Assembly: GCA_016699995.1 (NCBI GenBank) | Contig: CP064996.1 | Span: 74,357 to 138,356 of the forward strand | Origin: a bacterium | GTDB taxonomy: Bacteria > Patescibacteriota > Doudnabacteria > UBA920 | Reading direction: 5' to 3' | Length of the DNA stretch: 64,000 nucleotides | Translations under genes and position numbers: made by a program | Part shown: piece after piece, positions 1 through 9,542 of the stretch | Numbering within the stretch: position 1 is the stretch's first letter | How the letters are laid out: every line of letters begins with the position of its first letter | Notes under the pieces: generated by a model | Database searches by the model: none | What the model saw: the letters and a program-made list of their open reading frames with translations, nothing else | Told to the model about the DNA's origin: nothing

Positions 1-270
1 GACTTGGATGAATATGCAGAACAGATTATTGCCGACTATGCGGACAAAGAGCCTCAGACTTTCATTGGTAAGGAGTTAACTCTTTCCAAGGGCAGTGATT
101 ACTCCATGATTGTTTCCGGCGTGCAGTTGCCGTCCGGCAAAAAAGGCGTGATCGGCTTAATCGGCCCGAAAAGCATGAAATACCCAAAAAACATTTCGTT
201 AATGGAGTACATTACCAAGTTTTTGGGCGGAGGTGGCGCAGCAGTGATATTAATAACTATTATTAGATAA
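1..270 (+). CDS. hrcA: Heat-inducible transcription repressor HrcA, C-terminal fragment (5' end lies outside the window)
   Basis: In-frame ORF runs from base 1. The C-terminal sequence '...GVIGLIGPKSMKY...' matches the typical HrcA C-terminus. It sits immediately upstream of grpE-dnaK, the classic hrcA-grpE-dnaK order. Confidence 0.7.
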   Translation, partial: DLDEYAEQIIADYADKEPQTFIGKELTLSKGSDYSMIVSGVQLPSGKKGVIGLIGPKSMKYPKNISLMEYITKFLGGGGAAVILITIIR

Positions 271-272
271 CA

Positions 273-815
273 ATGAACACAGATTTAGAAGATAATTTGA
301 ATACACAAGATGAGATAGATGATGCAACTGCAGACGTCACGGAAGCAGCAGGCGATACAGACACTCTAGCTCGACAAGTAGCAGAATTAAAAGAAGAAGC
401 AGCGACCAACTTATCCGGCTGGCAGCGGTCACAGGCAGACTTCGAGAATTACAAGAAGCGCGAAGAAGCCAAGCAGGCTGAGATTCTGGCCTTTGCAAAG
501 GAAGTTACAATCGTAAAGCTGTTGCCAACGCTGGATGCGCTCGAACAGGGCTTGCGCCACGCTCCGGAAGGAGTGGATGAAAAATGGCTGCAAGGTATAG
601 AAGGCACTCTGCAGAAATTAGATAAAGTCCTGCTGGAGATGGGTGTGCAAAAGATTGAAGCGGTCGGAAAGCAGTTTGATCCAAACTTCCACGAAGCAGT
701 CCGCGAAGTCCCGGGAGAAGAAGACGGTAAAGTTATGGAAGAGCTTCAAACCGGATACGAAATCAACGGCAAAGTCATCCGACCAAGCCAAGTAGTAATT
801 AGTAAGAAACAGTAG
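273..815 (+). CDS. grpE: Nucleotide exchange factor GrpE
   Basis: 180-aa product with an acidic N-terminus, a coiled coil and a C-terminal GrpE-type fold. It lies between hrcA and dnaK. Confidence 0.9.
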   Translation: MNTDLEDNLNTQDEIDDATADVTEAAGDTDTLARQVAELKEEAATNLSGWQRSQADFENYKKREEAKQAEILAFAKEVTIVKLLPTLDALEQGLRHAPEGVDEKWLQGIEGTLQKLDKVLLEMGVQKIEAVGKQFDPNFHEAVREVPGEEDGKVMEELQTGYEINGKVIRPSQVVISKKQ

Positions 816-817
816 CA

Positions 818-1042
818 ATGGCACAGGATGATAAAACCGAATTTGATCAGTATGTAGATGAATTGGAATACAAGAACCGAAATCAATTTATTCCCGGTGC
901 TTATGCAAATGCAAACTCTTGGCCAAAGTCATTATGGATGCATCAAAGAGGTTGGAGAGGTAAAGTAATTAAATTTTCAGCAGCTATTACCTTATTAGGA
1001 ATATTAGTGGCAATCATTTTTAACATCATAGATTTAATTTAG
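818..1042 (+). CDS. Small hypothetical protein with C-terminal transmembrane helix
   Basis: 74-aa ORF packed between grpE (2-nt gap) and dnaK. The C-terminal stretch '[17 protein letters not shown]' is hydrophobic. No recognisable family. Confidence 0.35.
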   Translation: MAQDDKTEFDQYVDELEYKNRNQFIPGAYANANSWPKSLWMHQRGWRGKVIKFSAAITLLGILVAIIFNIIDLI

Positions 1043-1059
1043 AGAAAGGAACTAAACAT

Positions 1060-2988
1060 ATGTCAAAAATTATAGGAATCGACTTGGGAACAAGTAACTC
1101 TGCGGCTAGCGCTATGGAAGGCGGCAAGCCTGTCATTATCCCTGCTGCAGAAGGTAATAGCGTAGGCGGAAAAGCTTTTCCATCTTACGTTGCATTTACC
1201 AAAGACGGCCAGCTGCTCGTAGGTGAGCCAGCTCGTCGTCAGGCAGTAACCAACCCGGAAGGCACAGTCTTCGAAGCGAAGCGCAAGATGGGTACTAACT
1301 TTCGTTACAAAATTAACGATAAAGAATATTCACCAGAACAGATCAGCGCTTTCATTTTGCAAAAGATCAAGCGTGACGCAGAAGCTTATCTGGGCGATAA
1401 AGTAGAGAAAGCAGTTATTACCGTACCTGCATACTTTGATGACGCTCAGCGCCAGGCAACCAAGCAAGCTGGTGAAATCGCTGGCTTGGAAGTTGTTCGC
1501 GTAATCAACGAACCAACTGCAGCTGCATTTGCTTACGGTATCGACAAGACCGGCGCACAGGATCAGAAGATTTTGGTGTTCGACCTTGGAGGTGGAACTT
1601 TGGACGTAACCATTATGGAATTCTCCGAAACCGAAGAAGATGGTAAGACTCAGGCCACCTTCGAAGTAAAGTCTACTTCTGGTGATACTGCTCTGGGTGG
1701 TAAGGATATGGACGCTGCCTTAATCGATTTTATCACCAATGAATTTAAATCCCAAAGCGGCATTGATTTAACCTCTGACAAAATGGCGATGAACCGCGTT
1801 CGCGAAGCTGCAGAAAAAGCCAAGATCGAACTTTCCACTACTTTAGAGACTGACATAATTTTACCTTTCATTGCGCAGAACGAAACCGGTTCTCAGAACT
1901 TAGAAATGAAGATCACCCGCGCTAAATTGGAAGATTTAGTTAAACCTATTGTTTCCAAAATGCGCGCTCCTGTAGAGCAGGCCATCAAAGACGCCGGGTT
2001 AACCCCTCAGCAGATCGATAAGATCATCTTAATTGGCGGTCCGACCCGTATGCCTGCCGTTCAGAAGTTCGTAGAAGATTACGTAGGCAAGCAGGTAGAA
2101 CGCGGCGTTGACCCAATGGAAGCCGTAGCAAAAGGCGCTGCAGTACAAGCCGGCGTATTAGGCGGCGAAGTATCTAGCAAGGAAATCTTGTTGCTTGATG
2201 TAACTCCATTAACTCTTGGGCTCGAAACCTTGGGCGGCGTTCGCACGCCGTTAATCGATCGCAATACCACGATTCCAACTTCTAAATCTCAAACCTTTAG
2301 TACAGCGGCAGACAATCAGACATCTGTACAGATTCATGTTTTGCAGGGTGAACGCGAATTTGCGGCCGACAACAAATCTCTTGGAACATTTAACTTAGAT
2401 GGAATTCCACCAGCGCCACGCGGCGTGCCTCAGGTCGAAGTTACCTTCGACATTGATGCCAGCGGTATCTTAAAAGTTACCGCCAAAGATAAGGCCAGCG
2501 GCAAAGACGCTAATATTACCATTCAAGGCTCTTCTTCTCTTTCCAAAGAAGATGTCGAACGTATGAAGCAGGAAGCCGAAGCGCATGCCAGCGAAGACCG
2601 CAAGCGCAAAGAATTAGTAGACAAGCGCAACGAAGCCGACACACTTATTGCGGTGTCCGAGAAAACTCTTAAGGATGCAGGCGAGAAGGTGTTAGACGCC
2701 GATAAGGTGGCTACAGAAACTGCTATCGCAGAGTTAAAAGAAGTAAAAGATAAAGAAGATGTAGACGCTATTCAGACTAAGCTGCAGGCTTTGTCCGAAG
2801 CTATCCAAAAGGTTGGCGCAGCCATGTATCAGCAGGGCGACATTAAGGAAGGCGATGCCGGTACAGTGGATCCAAACGAAAAAGAAATCCCATCCAACGA
2901 GGACGGGCCGGTGGATGCTGAGTACAAAGAAGTGCCGAAAGATGGGCAAGGCGGCTCTGGCGAAGGCTCTAACAGCGAGCAAAAGTAG
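1060..2988 (+). CDS. dnaK: Molecular chaperone DnaK (Hsp70)
   Basis: 642-aa product with the Hsp70 signatures '[10 protein letters not shown]', 'DLGGGTLD' and 'VILVGGPTRMP', and a C-terminal lid/acidic tail. A GGA-rich RBS precedes it. Confidence 0.97.
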   Translation: MSKIIGIDLGTSNSAASAMEGGKPVIIPAAEGNSVGGKAFPSYVAFTKDGQLLVGEPARRQAVTNPEGTVFEAKRKMGTNFRYKINDKEYSPEQISAFILQKIKRDAEAYLGDKVEKAVITVPAYFDDAQRQATKQAGEIAGLEVVRVINEPTAAAFAYGIDKTGAQDQKILVFDLGGGTLDVTIMEFSETEEDGKTQATFEVKSTSGDTALGGKDMDAALIDFITNEFKSQSGIDLTSDKMAMNRVREAAEKAKIELSTTLETDIILPFIAQNETGSQNLEMKITRAKLEDLVKPIVSKMRAPVEQAIKDAGLTPQQIDKIILIGGPTRMPAVQKFVEDYVGKQVERGVDPMEAVAKGAAVQAGVLGGEVSSKEILLLDVTPLTLGLETLGGVRTPLIDRNTTIPTSKSQTFSTAADNQTSVQIHVLQGEREFAADNKSLGTFNLDGIPPAPRGVPQVEVTFDIDASGILKVTAKDKASGKDANITIQGSSSLSKEDVERMKQEAEAHASEDRKRKELVDKRNEADTLIAVSEKTLKDAGEKVLDADKVATETAIAELKEVKDKEDVDAIQTKLQALSEAIQKVGAAMYQQGDIKEGDAGTVDPNEKEIPSNEDGPVDAEYKEVPKDGQGGSGEGSNSEQK

Positions 2989-3004
2989 TCTATAAAAAGG
3001 AAGG

Positions 3005-3033
3005 GCGCGAATTGCAATGCAAGCAATTCGCGC
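3005..3033 (+). terminator. Perfect 11-bp stem hairpin downstream of dnaK; no U-tract, so a possible terminator or processing hairpin
   Basis: The sequence 'gcgcgaattgc aatgcaa gcaattcgcgc' is an inverted repeat placed directly after the dnaK stop codon. Confidence 0.4.
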
Positions 3034-3422
3034 TAAGTGATGTGGGTAATGCGGATATATGCGAAGCTAGTCAGGCTTCTGGAAGGAATATAAAAGTGAA
3101 GGGCGGAAGTATGCGGGGCTAAATGGCAGCCCCGGCTAAAGTGTATTTCTTCTGTGTCGGTAGTTTCCAAATTACCATCCTCCTATTAGTCTGGGGTGTA
3201 CTCTGATTGTGCGGGCCGTTAGCTCGCGCTAGAACCCGGCACCTCCGGTTCGAGAATTTTTACTGAAGTGCTTCATAATCAATCACCACCTGTAAACGCC
3301 GGAATTATCCCCATTAGCCTAGGAGCTTGTTATGTACCAATCGGGGGACTGGCTAGTCGATCGATAAGTAAGAACCTAAACTTATTTAAATTATAGACCC
3401 TTAATTATTAAATTACAAAACC

Positions 3423-3749
3423 ATGTCAGGAAATAATCCACAAAATCAGGAAAATAATCAAAATAACCAGCAAATTCAGATCAAAATGGATGATGCGAAA
3501 ATTGCTGGCAGCTATGCCAACCAGATTTTTGTAACTAATACTCCCGAGGAATTCATTTTAGATTTTATGAGCCTTCTTCCTAATTCACCGATGGGCCAGC
3601 TCATTCAGAGGATAATCTTAAACCCCGAACATGCAAGACGGTTTAATAATATTTTAACCGAACAGTTAAAGCGTTATGATAATAAGGAGTTACCAGCAGC
3701 TGCTCCGATGGAAACAACCCCGAACAGAATGGGTTTTAAGACCGAATAA
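3423..3749 (+). CDS. DUF3467-like small protein
   Basis: 108 aa. The motif 'YANQIFVTNTPEEFILDF' resembles the conserved core of the DUF3467 family. The N-terminus is Q/N-rich. Confidence 0.55.
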   Translation: MSGNNPQNQENNQNNQQIQIKMDDAKIAGSYANQIFVTNTPEEFILDFMSLLPNSPMGQLIQRIILNPEHARRFNNILTEQLKRYDNKELPAAAPMETTPNRMGFKTE

Positions 3750-3758
3750 TAATTTTTA

Positions 3759-4925
3759 ATGGCCAAAAAAGATTTTTACGAAGTATTAGGAGTCAGCAAA
3801 AGCGCCAGCGCTGATGAGATCAAGAAAGCCTACCGCAAGCTGGCTCATAAGTACCACCCGGACAAGGGCCAGGGAAATGATGAGAAGTTTAAGGAAGTTA
3901 ATGAAGCTTATCAGGTGCTCTCCGACAGCGAAAAGAAAAGTCAGTACGATCAGTACGGACAGACTTTTGAAGACGCCCAGCGCAACGGCGGCGGTTTTGG
4001 CGGCAACCCCTTTGGCGGAGGTAATCCGTTTGGGGGCGGTTTTGATTTTTCCGGTTTTAGCGGACAGGGTGGCGTAGAATTCGACCTTGGCGATATTTTT
4101 GGAGATTTATTCGGGGGCGCACGCGGCCGCCAAGCGGCGCGCGAACGCGGCATTGATCTGGAAATGCCCGTAACTATTTCTTTCGAGGAAGCAGTGTTTG
4201 GCGTTACTCGCAATTTAACTTTAGAAAAGAAAGACGCCTGTAAGACGTGTGGCGGCAACGGTGCTAAGCCAGGCACCAAAGTCGTCACTTGCTCTGTGTG
4301 TCATGGTCAGGGCCAGATTCGCGCGCAGCGCCGCACTGTGTTTGGCAATGTCGCGACCAGCGTAGCCTGCGAAAAATGCGAAGGTACCGGACAAGTGCCA
4401 GAGGACCCTTGCGATACCTGTAAGGGAGCGGGAATAATGCGCCAGGAAAAAACTATTGAGGTTTCTATTCCAGCCGGCATTGACGACGGCCAGCGCGTTC
4501 GCATAACAGGTGAAGGGGAATTAGGTTATCGAGGCTCTAAGCCTGGCGACCTGTATTTATCTATTCGCGTTAGGCCCCACAAAGAATTTAAGCGTCAGGG
4601 CTTTAATTTGTACAAAGACTTGCCAGTAAGCTTTACGCAGGCAGCATTAGGAACCAAAATCAAGCTCGACACCTTAGACGGCGCGATTGAGTTAAAAATC
4701 CCTGCCGGGACACAGTCGGGTAAAATTTTCCGGGTTCCAAGCAAGGGCGTGCCAGTGATCAACTCTAATTCTAAGCGCGGAGATTTGTTTATCACAGCGC
4801 GCGTGGTGATCCCTCATAAGCTTTCCAAGGAAGAGTCGGAACTAATTAAAAAGCTCGCCGAATTAAATGGCGAAACTGTGGAAGTTAACAAAAGCTTTTG
4901 GGAAAATATCAAAGATAGTTTTTAA
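3759..4925 (+). CDS. dnaJ: Co-chaperone DnaJ (Hsp40)
   Basis: Contains a J-domain with the 'HPD' motif ('YHPDKGQG'), a G/F-rich linker, four CxxCxGxG zinc-finger repeats and a C-terminal substrate-binding domain. Confidence 0.95.
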   Translation: MAKKDFYEVLGVSKSASADEIKKAYRKLAHKYHPDKGQGNDEKFKEVNEAYQVLSDSEKKSQYDQYGQTFEDAQRNGGGFGGNPFGGGNPFGGGFDFSGFSGQGGVEFDLGDIFGDLFGGARGRQAARERGIDLEMPVTISFEEAVFGVTRNLTLEKKDACKTCGGNGAKPGTKVVTCSVCHGQGQIRAQRRTVFGNVATSVACEKCEGTGQVPEDPCDTCKGAGIMRQEKTIEVSIPAGIDDGQRVRITGEGELGYRGSKPGDLYLSIRVRPHKEFKRQGFNLYKDLPVSFTQAALGTKIKLDTLDGAIELKIPAGTQSGKIFRVPSKGVPVINSNSKRGDLFITARVVIPHKLSKEESELIKKLAELNGETVEVNKSFWENIKDSF

Positions 4926-5052
4926 TCCAAACCGCACTGCCAAGCAAGCAGGCGGTTTTTATTTGTGGTATAATGTAGGAAATAGATTCAAAAGCGCTGT
5001 AAAATTAGCGGCCTCAAAAGAAACAAAAGTGGAAATATTTTCTACAATTCAG

Positions 5053-5577
5053 ATGTTAATCAAGACCTTCAATTGGCATACGCCATCGTGGGATTTGTTT
5101 ATCTTGCTTTTCTGGCTGGTTGCGAGTGTGATCTACGCTTTTTCTAGCGGCCGCAGCCGCATTTTAACGATTTTGATCAGTGTCTATATGGCGCAGCTGC
5201 TGGTTATAGAAATGCCGTTTTTGGGCGAAGTGGTGTCGGATAAATTAAATGTCGCTACCGGCACCTTGCAGCAGCTAGCCGCATTTGTGATTTTGTTTAT
5301 CATTTTATTCATTTTCCTCGGTCGCTATGCGTTTAAGAGTTCTGCCGACGGCCGTGAATTTAAAGCCATTGGGTTTGGTCTGTTATTTTCCTTTTTTCAA
5401 GTAGGATTGCTGATTAACATTGTATTAGGGTATTTGCCGGATTATGTACAAAATACCTTTTCGCCTCTAGTAACATATATATTCCTCCATGAGTACAGCA
5501 ATTTTATCTGGCTGGCTTTGCCTGTCGTATTCCTGGTGGTTATTGGCCGGTTTATTTCGGATAGGCGAGAGGATTAA
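5053..5577 (+). CDS. Multi-pass membrane protein, possibly CvpA-like. The start is ambiguous, because the longer ORF from 4867 overlaps the dnaJ 3' end.
   Basis: Four to five hydrophobic helices. The first ATG that does not overlap dnaJ is at 5053. Confidence 0.5.
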   Translation: MLIKTFNWHTPSWDLFILLFWLVASVIYAFSSGRSRILTILISVYMAQLLVIEMPFLGEVVSDKLNVATGTLQQLAAFVILFIILFIFLGRYAFKSSADGREFKAIGFGLLFSFFQVGLLINIVLGYLPDYVQNTFSPLVTYIFLHEYSNFIWLALPVVFLVVIGRFISDRRED

Positions 5578-5593
5578 AAATACTATTTAGAAT

Positions 5594-5628
5594 GACCGCA
5601 GCGCCAAAATGCGTTGCGGTTTTTTTTC
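5594..5628 (+). terminator. Intrinsic terminator
   Basis: Stem 'ccgcagcgc...gcgttgcgg' followed by a T8 run. Confidence 0.7.
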
Positions 5629-5657
5629 TTGACAAACAAGCCGAAAATAGCTAAAAT
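5629..5657 (+). promoter_or_regulatory. Sigma70-type promoter for the RND transporter gene
   Basis: TTGACA, a 17-nt spacer, then TAAAAT, located 35 nt upstream of the ATG. Confidence 0.6.
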
Positions 5658-5690
5658 TATAGACTATTTTAATATTATTAACTTATACAA

Positions 5691-8600
5691 ATGGAGTTTA
5701 ATTCTGAGCAAAACAGTCAAAAGAAAGGATGGAACTGGAGAATAGTTAACTATTTTCTAAGCAATCCGCAGATTACATTATTGCTATTTTTGATGCTGGT
5801 AATTATGGGCATCGGTAGCTTTTTCTCTTTAAGGGTGGAAGGCTTCCCCGAGGTTAAGGTTCCTGTCGCTATTGTTACAACTGTGGTGCCTGGCGCAGGT
5901 CCGGAGACTGTTCAAAATACTGTCACTGGTCCTTTAGAAGATGCTTTTAAAGACTTGAAAGGCGTAAAGGATGTCAGTTCTTCTTCTCAAGCTAACTTTT
6001 CTACAATTGTAATTAATTATGACGATAGTTCGGATCTGAATGTTGCTGTTCAGGAAGCCCGAACCAAGGCAGCAGCTGTAAATTTGCCGGACGGCGTGCA
6101 GGAGTCGAATATTTTTGTTCCAGAAGTCTCTGGTGCTCCTTTCTATGTTTCTGTGTCCGGTGGTACAGATTTGATTACGCTCCGCAACGATTCTGAAAAC
6201 TTAAAAGCGAAACTCTTGGACATTAAAGGCGTTAAGAGTTTTACCGAAATTTCTGGAATTGAAGAAAAGATCTTTGTAGAATTGCCGCCACAGTTCCAGC
6301 TGCCTCAGGTAATAGAGCAGATTAAAGCCGCCAATATCGGCTTTCCTTTAGGTGAATCTGTTATAGATGGCAAGCGCGTTCAGGTAGTCGGCAAGTCTGG
6401 AGTAGCGTCGCTGGAAGATATTCGCGCTATCCGCATTAATCTTCCTCAGGTTGGACCGCAGGCTCCTCAGCAAGTTGCTTTGGCAGACATTGCCCAAGTA
6501 TATTTAGGAGTTGATTATGGTGATAAAGTCCACCGTGTTGGGTATTTGGACAAGGATGCGAATCAGTTCAAAATTCAGCCAGCTGTATTATATGAAGTGC
6601 GTTTAGATAAGGACGCTGATATCTTGTCGTTGAATAAGGAAGTGGAGAAAGTTGTACATGATACTAATTCTTCCAACAGTAAAATCGATTATGCCATTGT
6701 CTTTAACCAGGCTGATCAGTCGCAGCGCCAGGTAGACGAAATTATTGAAGGCGCTGTGGGCGGCAAATGGGGCGATAACCCTATTGGATATGTTGGAATT
6801 TTGTTTGGTGGCATGTGGCTATTGGTTATCGGCATGCTGTTCTTCTTGGACTGGCGCACTGCGCTTATCTCTACGCTTGCCATTCCGCTTTCGTTTTTGG
6901 CTACTTTTATTGTTTTAAATCTCGCGGGTATCAACTTGAACACGCTGGTATTGTTTTCTCTGGTTTTGGTGCTGGGTCTTATTGTTGATCCGGCTATTGT
7001 GGTGCTGGAATCCATTCGCCGTTATGTTGACATTGGCTATAAGGGCAAAGCTGCAGTGCTTAGGTCTGTGGAAGTAATCGGCTATGGATTGTTTATTGCT
7101 GTGGTTACCTCGATGATCGTATTCGTGCCATTTGGCGTGGTGTCTGGTACTTTTGGCGAAATTATCAAGTATATCCCATGGACTGTATTCCCAGCACTGA
7201 CTGCTTCCTATTTTGTTCCATTGATCTTTTTAACTTGGCTTGGTGCTAAGTTTATTAAGCCTGTTCCGGGAGCGGAATTGCGGGATGAGGACGATATCCA
7301 TACGCTATGGCCGCTGGCGCGCTGGTTTATTCGCACCAACCGTTACATCCTCAAGCATCGCTTTATACAGATTTTAGTTATCGTTCTTGCTTTTGCAATT
7401 CCGATCGGCGTTACCGCGGCATTATTCGCCACCAATGAGGTTCGCCAGGTTCAGTTTGCTCAGCCGGATGATTCGGAATTCTTAAGCCTGTCTATTCCGC
7501 GCCCGACTAATCAGACTTATCGCGACTTACTGATTCAATCTACAGACGTAGAAAATATCTTAAAGAATTACTCTGGAGAAATTAAGACTTTCTTCTACCA
7601 ATCTATCGATGGCAGCGGGGATCAATCGACCATGAGCGTGTTTATCGAGCTTCGCTTGTTAGAGGATCGTGATCGCAAGAGTCCGGAAATTGCCAAATCT
7701 ATCCAGAATGACTTGCGTGCAAAGTTTGGGGAACAGGCGACTGCTTCCGAAATCGGGGCAGGTCCGCCATCTGGAACCTTCCCGGTTAGTTTAAAGATTT
7801 TTGAAAATGATTCCACCAAGCTGGCCGTGGCGAGTAATCGTATCGCCGAAGAATTACGCTCTTACCCAGAAGTAGATTTTGTGGTTACCGATTACCAGAC
7901 TCAAAGCAAAGAGTTGGTTGTTAAGGTGGATCCTCTCAAGGCAGCCAGTAATGGCTTATCAGCGCCGGCTATTTATGGCCAGGTTGCGGGTTTGCTGGGG
8001 GAGACTACTCTGTATCGTTTGGAAGGCACCGATGTAGTTTTGCGAGTCCCTCAGGATTCTAAGCCGGCAACTAAGGAAGCGTTACTGTCTAGCTTGGTAT
8101 TTGGTACCAATGGCCCTGTAGCCTTGAACCAGGTGGCTGTGGTAGAAGAATCAAGCGTGCCATCTTCCATTCGCAGCTTAAACGGCGAACGCTACGCCAG
8201 CGTTAGCGCCACCGTCAAGGATGCGCGCGACTCCATTAATATTCAGCGCAAGATTACAGATTGGGCAAAAGCCAACACCGCGACTTTGGGCGTTAATGAC
8301 CGCGCTTTCGACGAACGTGCTGGCGTTGATGAATTCGAAAAGTCTTTCCAGGAGCTATTCTTGGCAATCTTCCTGGCGATATTAGTTAGCTATGTTGTCT
8401 TTGTACTGTTCTTTAAGAGCTTTGTTCAACCCTTTATTATCATATTCGCTATTCCGTTAATCTTGATTGGCGTATTTCCAGCGTTAGCGTTCTTTGCCGG
8501 AGGTCAGTTTGGCTTCTTGGAAATTATAGGAATTTTGATGGTAATTGGTATTGCTGAAAATGTCGGCATCTTTTTAATCGATTATGCAAACCGAAAAATA

Positions 8601-8930
8601 GATGAAGGCATGGATAAGAATGAAGCCGTGGCAATTGCGTCTGGTATACGTTTGCGTGCTATCATCTTAACCAAAATTACGGCGCTCGCCGGGTTAATGC
8701 CTTTGGCGGTATTTTCTCCGTTTTGGCGAGGATTGGCGGTGGTAGTTATCTTCGGAATCTTAAGCTCCGGCGTTCTATCTCTATTTACCACTCCTGTTTT
8801 GTATAGCTGGTTTACCCGTGTAAAGAAACCTAAAGGCGTTCTGCCCGGCGAAGAAAACCCAATAGCTTTGCCTGGCGCGGTGCCTTCTTACGACCATCCA
8901 ACCAATCTGCCTCCGAATTTGCCAGTATAA
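5691..8930 (+). CDS. RND superfamily efflux transporter, AcrB/AcrD/AcrF-like inner-membrane permease
   Basis: 1079 aa, 12-TM topology with two large periplasmic loops. The N-terminal segment is AcrB-like. No adjacent membrane-fusion or outer-membrane partner gene. Confidence 0.88.
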   Translation: MEFNSEQNSQKKGWNWRIVNYFLSNPQITLLLFLMLVIMGIGSFFSLRVEGFPEVKVPVAIVTTVVPGAGPETVQNTVTGPLEDAFKDLKGVKDVSSSSQANFSTIVINYDDSSDLNVAVQEARTKAAAVNLPDGVQESNIFVPEVSGAPFYVSVSGGTDLITLRNDSENLKAKLLDIKGVKSFTEISGIEEKIFVELPPQFQLPQVIEQIKAANIGFPLGESVIDGKRVQVVGKSGVASLEDIRAIRINLPQVGPQAPQQVALADIAQVYLGVDYGDKVHRVGYLDKDANQFKIQPAVLYEVRLDKDADILSLNKEVEKVVHDTNSSNSKIDYAIVFNQADQSQRQVDEIIEGAVGGKWGDNPIGYVGILFGGMWLLVIGMLFFLDWRTALISTLAIPLSFLATFIVLNLAGINLNTLVLFSLVLVLGLIVDPAIVVLESIRRYVDIGYKGKAAVLRSVEVIGYGLFIAVVTSMIVFVPFGVVSGTFGEIIKYIPWTVFPALTASYFVPLIFLTWLGAKFIKPVPGAELRDEDDIHTLWPLARWFIRTNRYILKHRFIQILVIVLAFAIPIGVTAALFATNEVRQVQFAQPDDSEFLSLSIPRPTNQTYRDLLIQSTDVENILKNYSGEIKTFFYQSIDGSGDQSTMSVFIELRLLEDRDRKSPEIAKSIQNDLRAKFGEQATASEIGAGPPSGTFPVSLKIFENDSTKLAVASNRIAEELRSYPEVDFVVTDYQTQSKELVVKVDPLKAASNGLSAPAIYGQVAGLLGETTLYRLEGTDVVLRVPQDSKPATKEALLSSLVFGTNGPVALNQVAVVEESSVPSSIRSLNGERYASVSATVKDARDSINIQRKITDWAKANTATLGVNDRAFDERAGVDEFEKSFQELFLAIFLAILVSYVVFVLFFKSFVQPFIIIFAIPLILIGVFPALAFFAGGQFGFLEIIGILMVIGIAENVGIFLIDYANRKIDEGMDKNEAVAIASGIRLRAIILTKITALAGLMPLAVFSPFWRGLAVVVIFGILSSGVLSLFTTPVLYSWFTRVKKPKGVLPGEENPIALPGAVPSYDHPTNLPPNLPV

Positions 8931-8935
8931 ATAAA

Positions 8936-8966
8936 AAAGACCGGTTATTTCTGGCCGGTTTTTTTG
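8936..8966 (+). terminator. Intrinsic terminator after the RND gene
   Basis: Stem 'aagaccgg ttatttct ggccggtt' followed by T7. Confidence 0.7.
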
Positions 8967-8996
8967 TTGACAAATTTCTTAGAGAGGAGCTATTAT
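8967..8996 (+). promoter_or_regulatory. Sigma70-type promoter
   Basis: TTGACA, an 18-nt spacer, then TATTAT. The track ORF that starts at 8964 translates through this promoter, so 8964 is a false start. Confidence 0.55.
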
Positions 8997-9029
8997 GAGG
9001 AGTCGTTCGAAAATTATGGAGGAAGAAAT

Positions 9030-9542
9030 ATGATGATTCTTAGCGCAATCCTTGCTGCTATTTGTCTTGGATTAATAGTTTTAATCTGGGATATCCAGAA
9101 AAAAAGAAAAAAGGATAAAGAGTATTTGCAGGAAGCTATCTTCCTGTCGTGGATCCGGGAAACCGAGATCCAATGCCGCAAGTCCGCTTATGTCCATAAG
9201 CGGGTTCCGCCTTTGGTGGAGCCTGCGGAGAATGCAGAAAATGGCATTAAACAAATAAGGATTTATAAACCAGGTACGGATGATACCGAAAAAGTTTTAC
9301 TGGCTGCTATCAATATTAATTTCCAAAGAGAAAGGCGCGAGGTGAATATAGGTTGTAGCAATATTGTTGCCTATAATCACCTAGAACGCTGGCCCATTAG
9401 CGGCGGCGAGTGGAGTCCTCTGACTTTGATCAAGAATGAGCTTTGGAAATATTTCGATAAGGATCCGAATAGCGATAGCACTTATGATTTTAAACAAATC
9501 GCGTCGGATTCGTCGGAGCAGGTAATCGCTAGAGCCTCATAG
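9030..9542 (+). CDS. Hypothetical membrane-anchored protein
   Basis: GGAGGAAG RBS lies 6 nt upstream of ATGATG. It has an N-terminal TM helix and a KKRKK stop-transfer motif. No recognisable domain. Confidence 0.5.
   Translation: MMILSAILAAICLGLIVLIWDIQKKRKKDKEYLQEAIFLSWIRETEIQCRKSAYVHKRVPPLVEPAENAENGIKQIRIYKPGTDDTEKVLLAAININFQRERREVNIGCSNIVAYNHLERWPISGGEWSPLTLIKNELWKYFDKDPNSDSTYDFKQIASDSSEQVIARAS

Noticed and set aside
3037-3422. RNase P RNA (rnpB) in the dnaK-dnaJ spacer, suggested by 'AGAACCCGGC' (P4 3'-strand-like) and a 'GTGAAGGGCGGAAG' motif
   Set aside because: No matching P4 5' strand (CCGGG) exists upstream on either strand. The J11/12 and P10-12 consensus elements cannot be placed. 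I kept it only as an unexplained structured spacer.
4867-5052. Longer start for the membrane protein, overlapping dnaJ by 59 nt
   Set aside because: The overlap with the conserved dnaJ C-terminus is unlikely. The internal ATG at 5053 avoids it. The gene is still flagged as ambiguous.
8964-9029. N-terminal extension of the ORF at 8964-9542
   Set aside because: It reads through a consensus promoter, TTGACA-N18-TATTAT. The real start is the ATG at 9030, which is preceded by GGAGGAAG.
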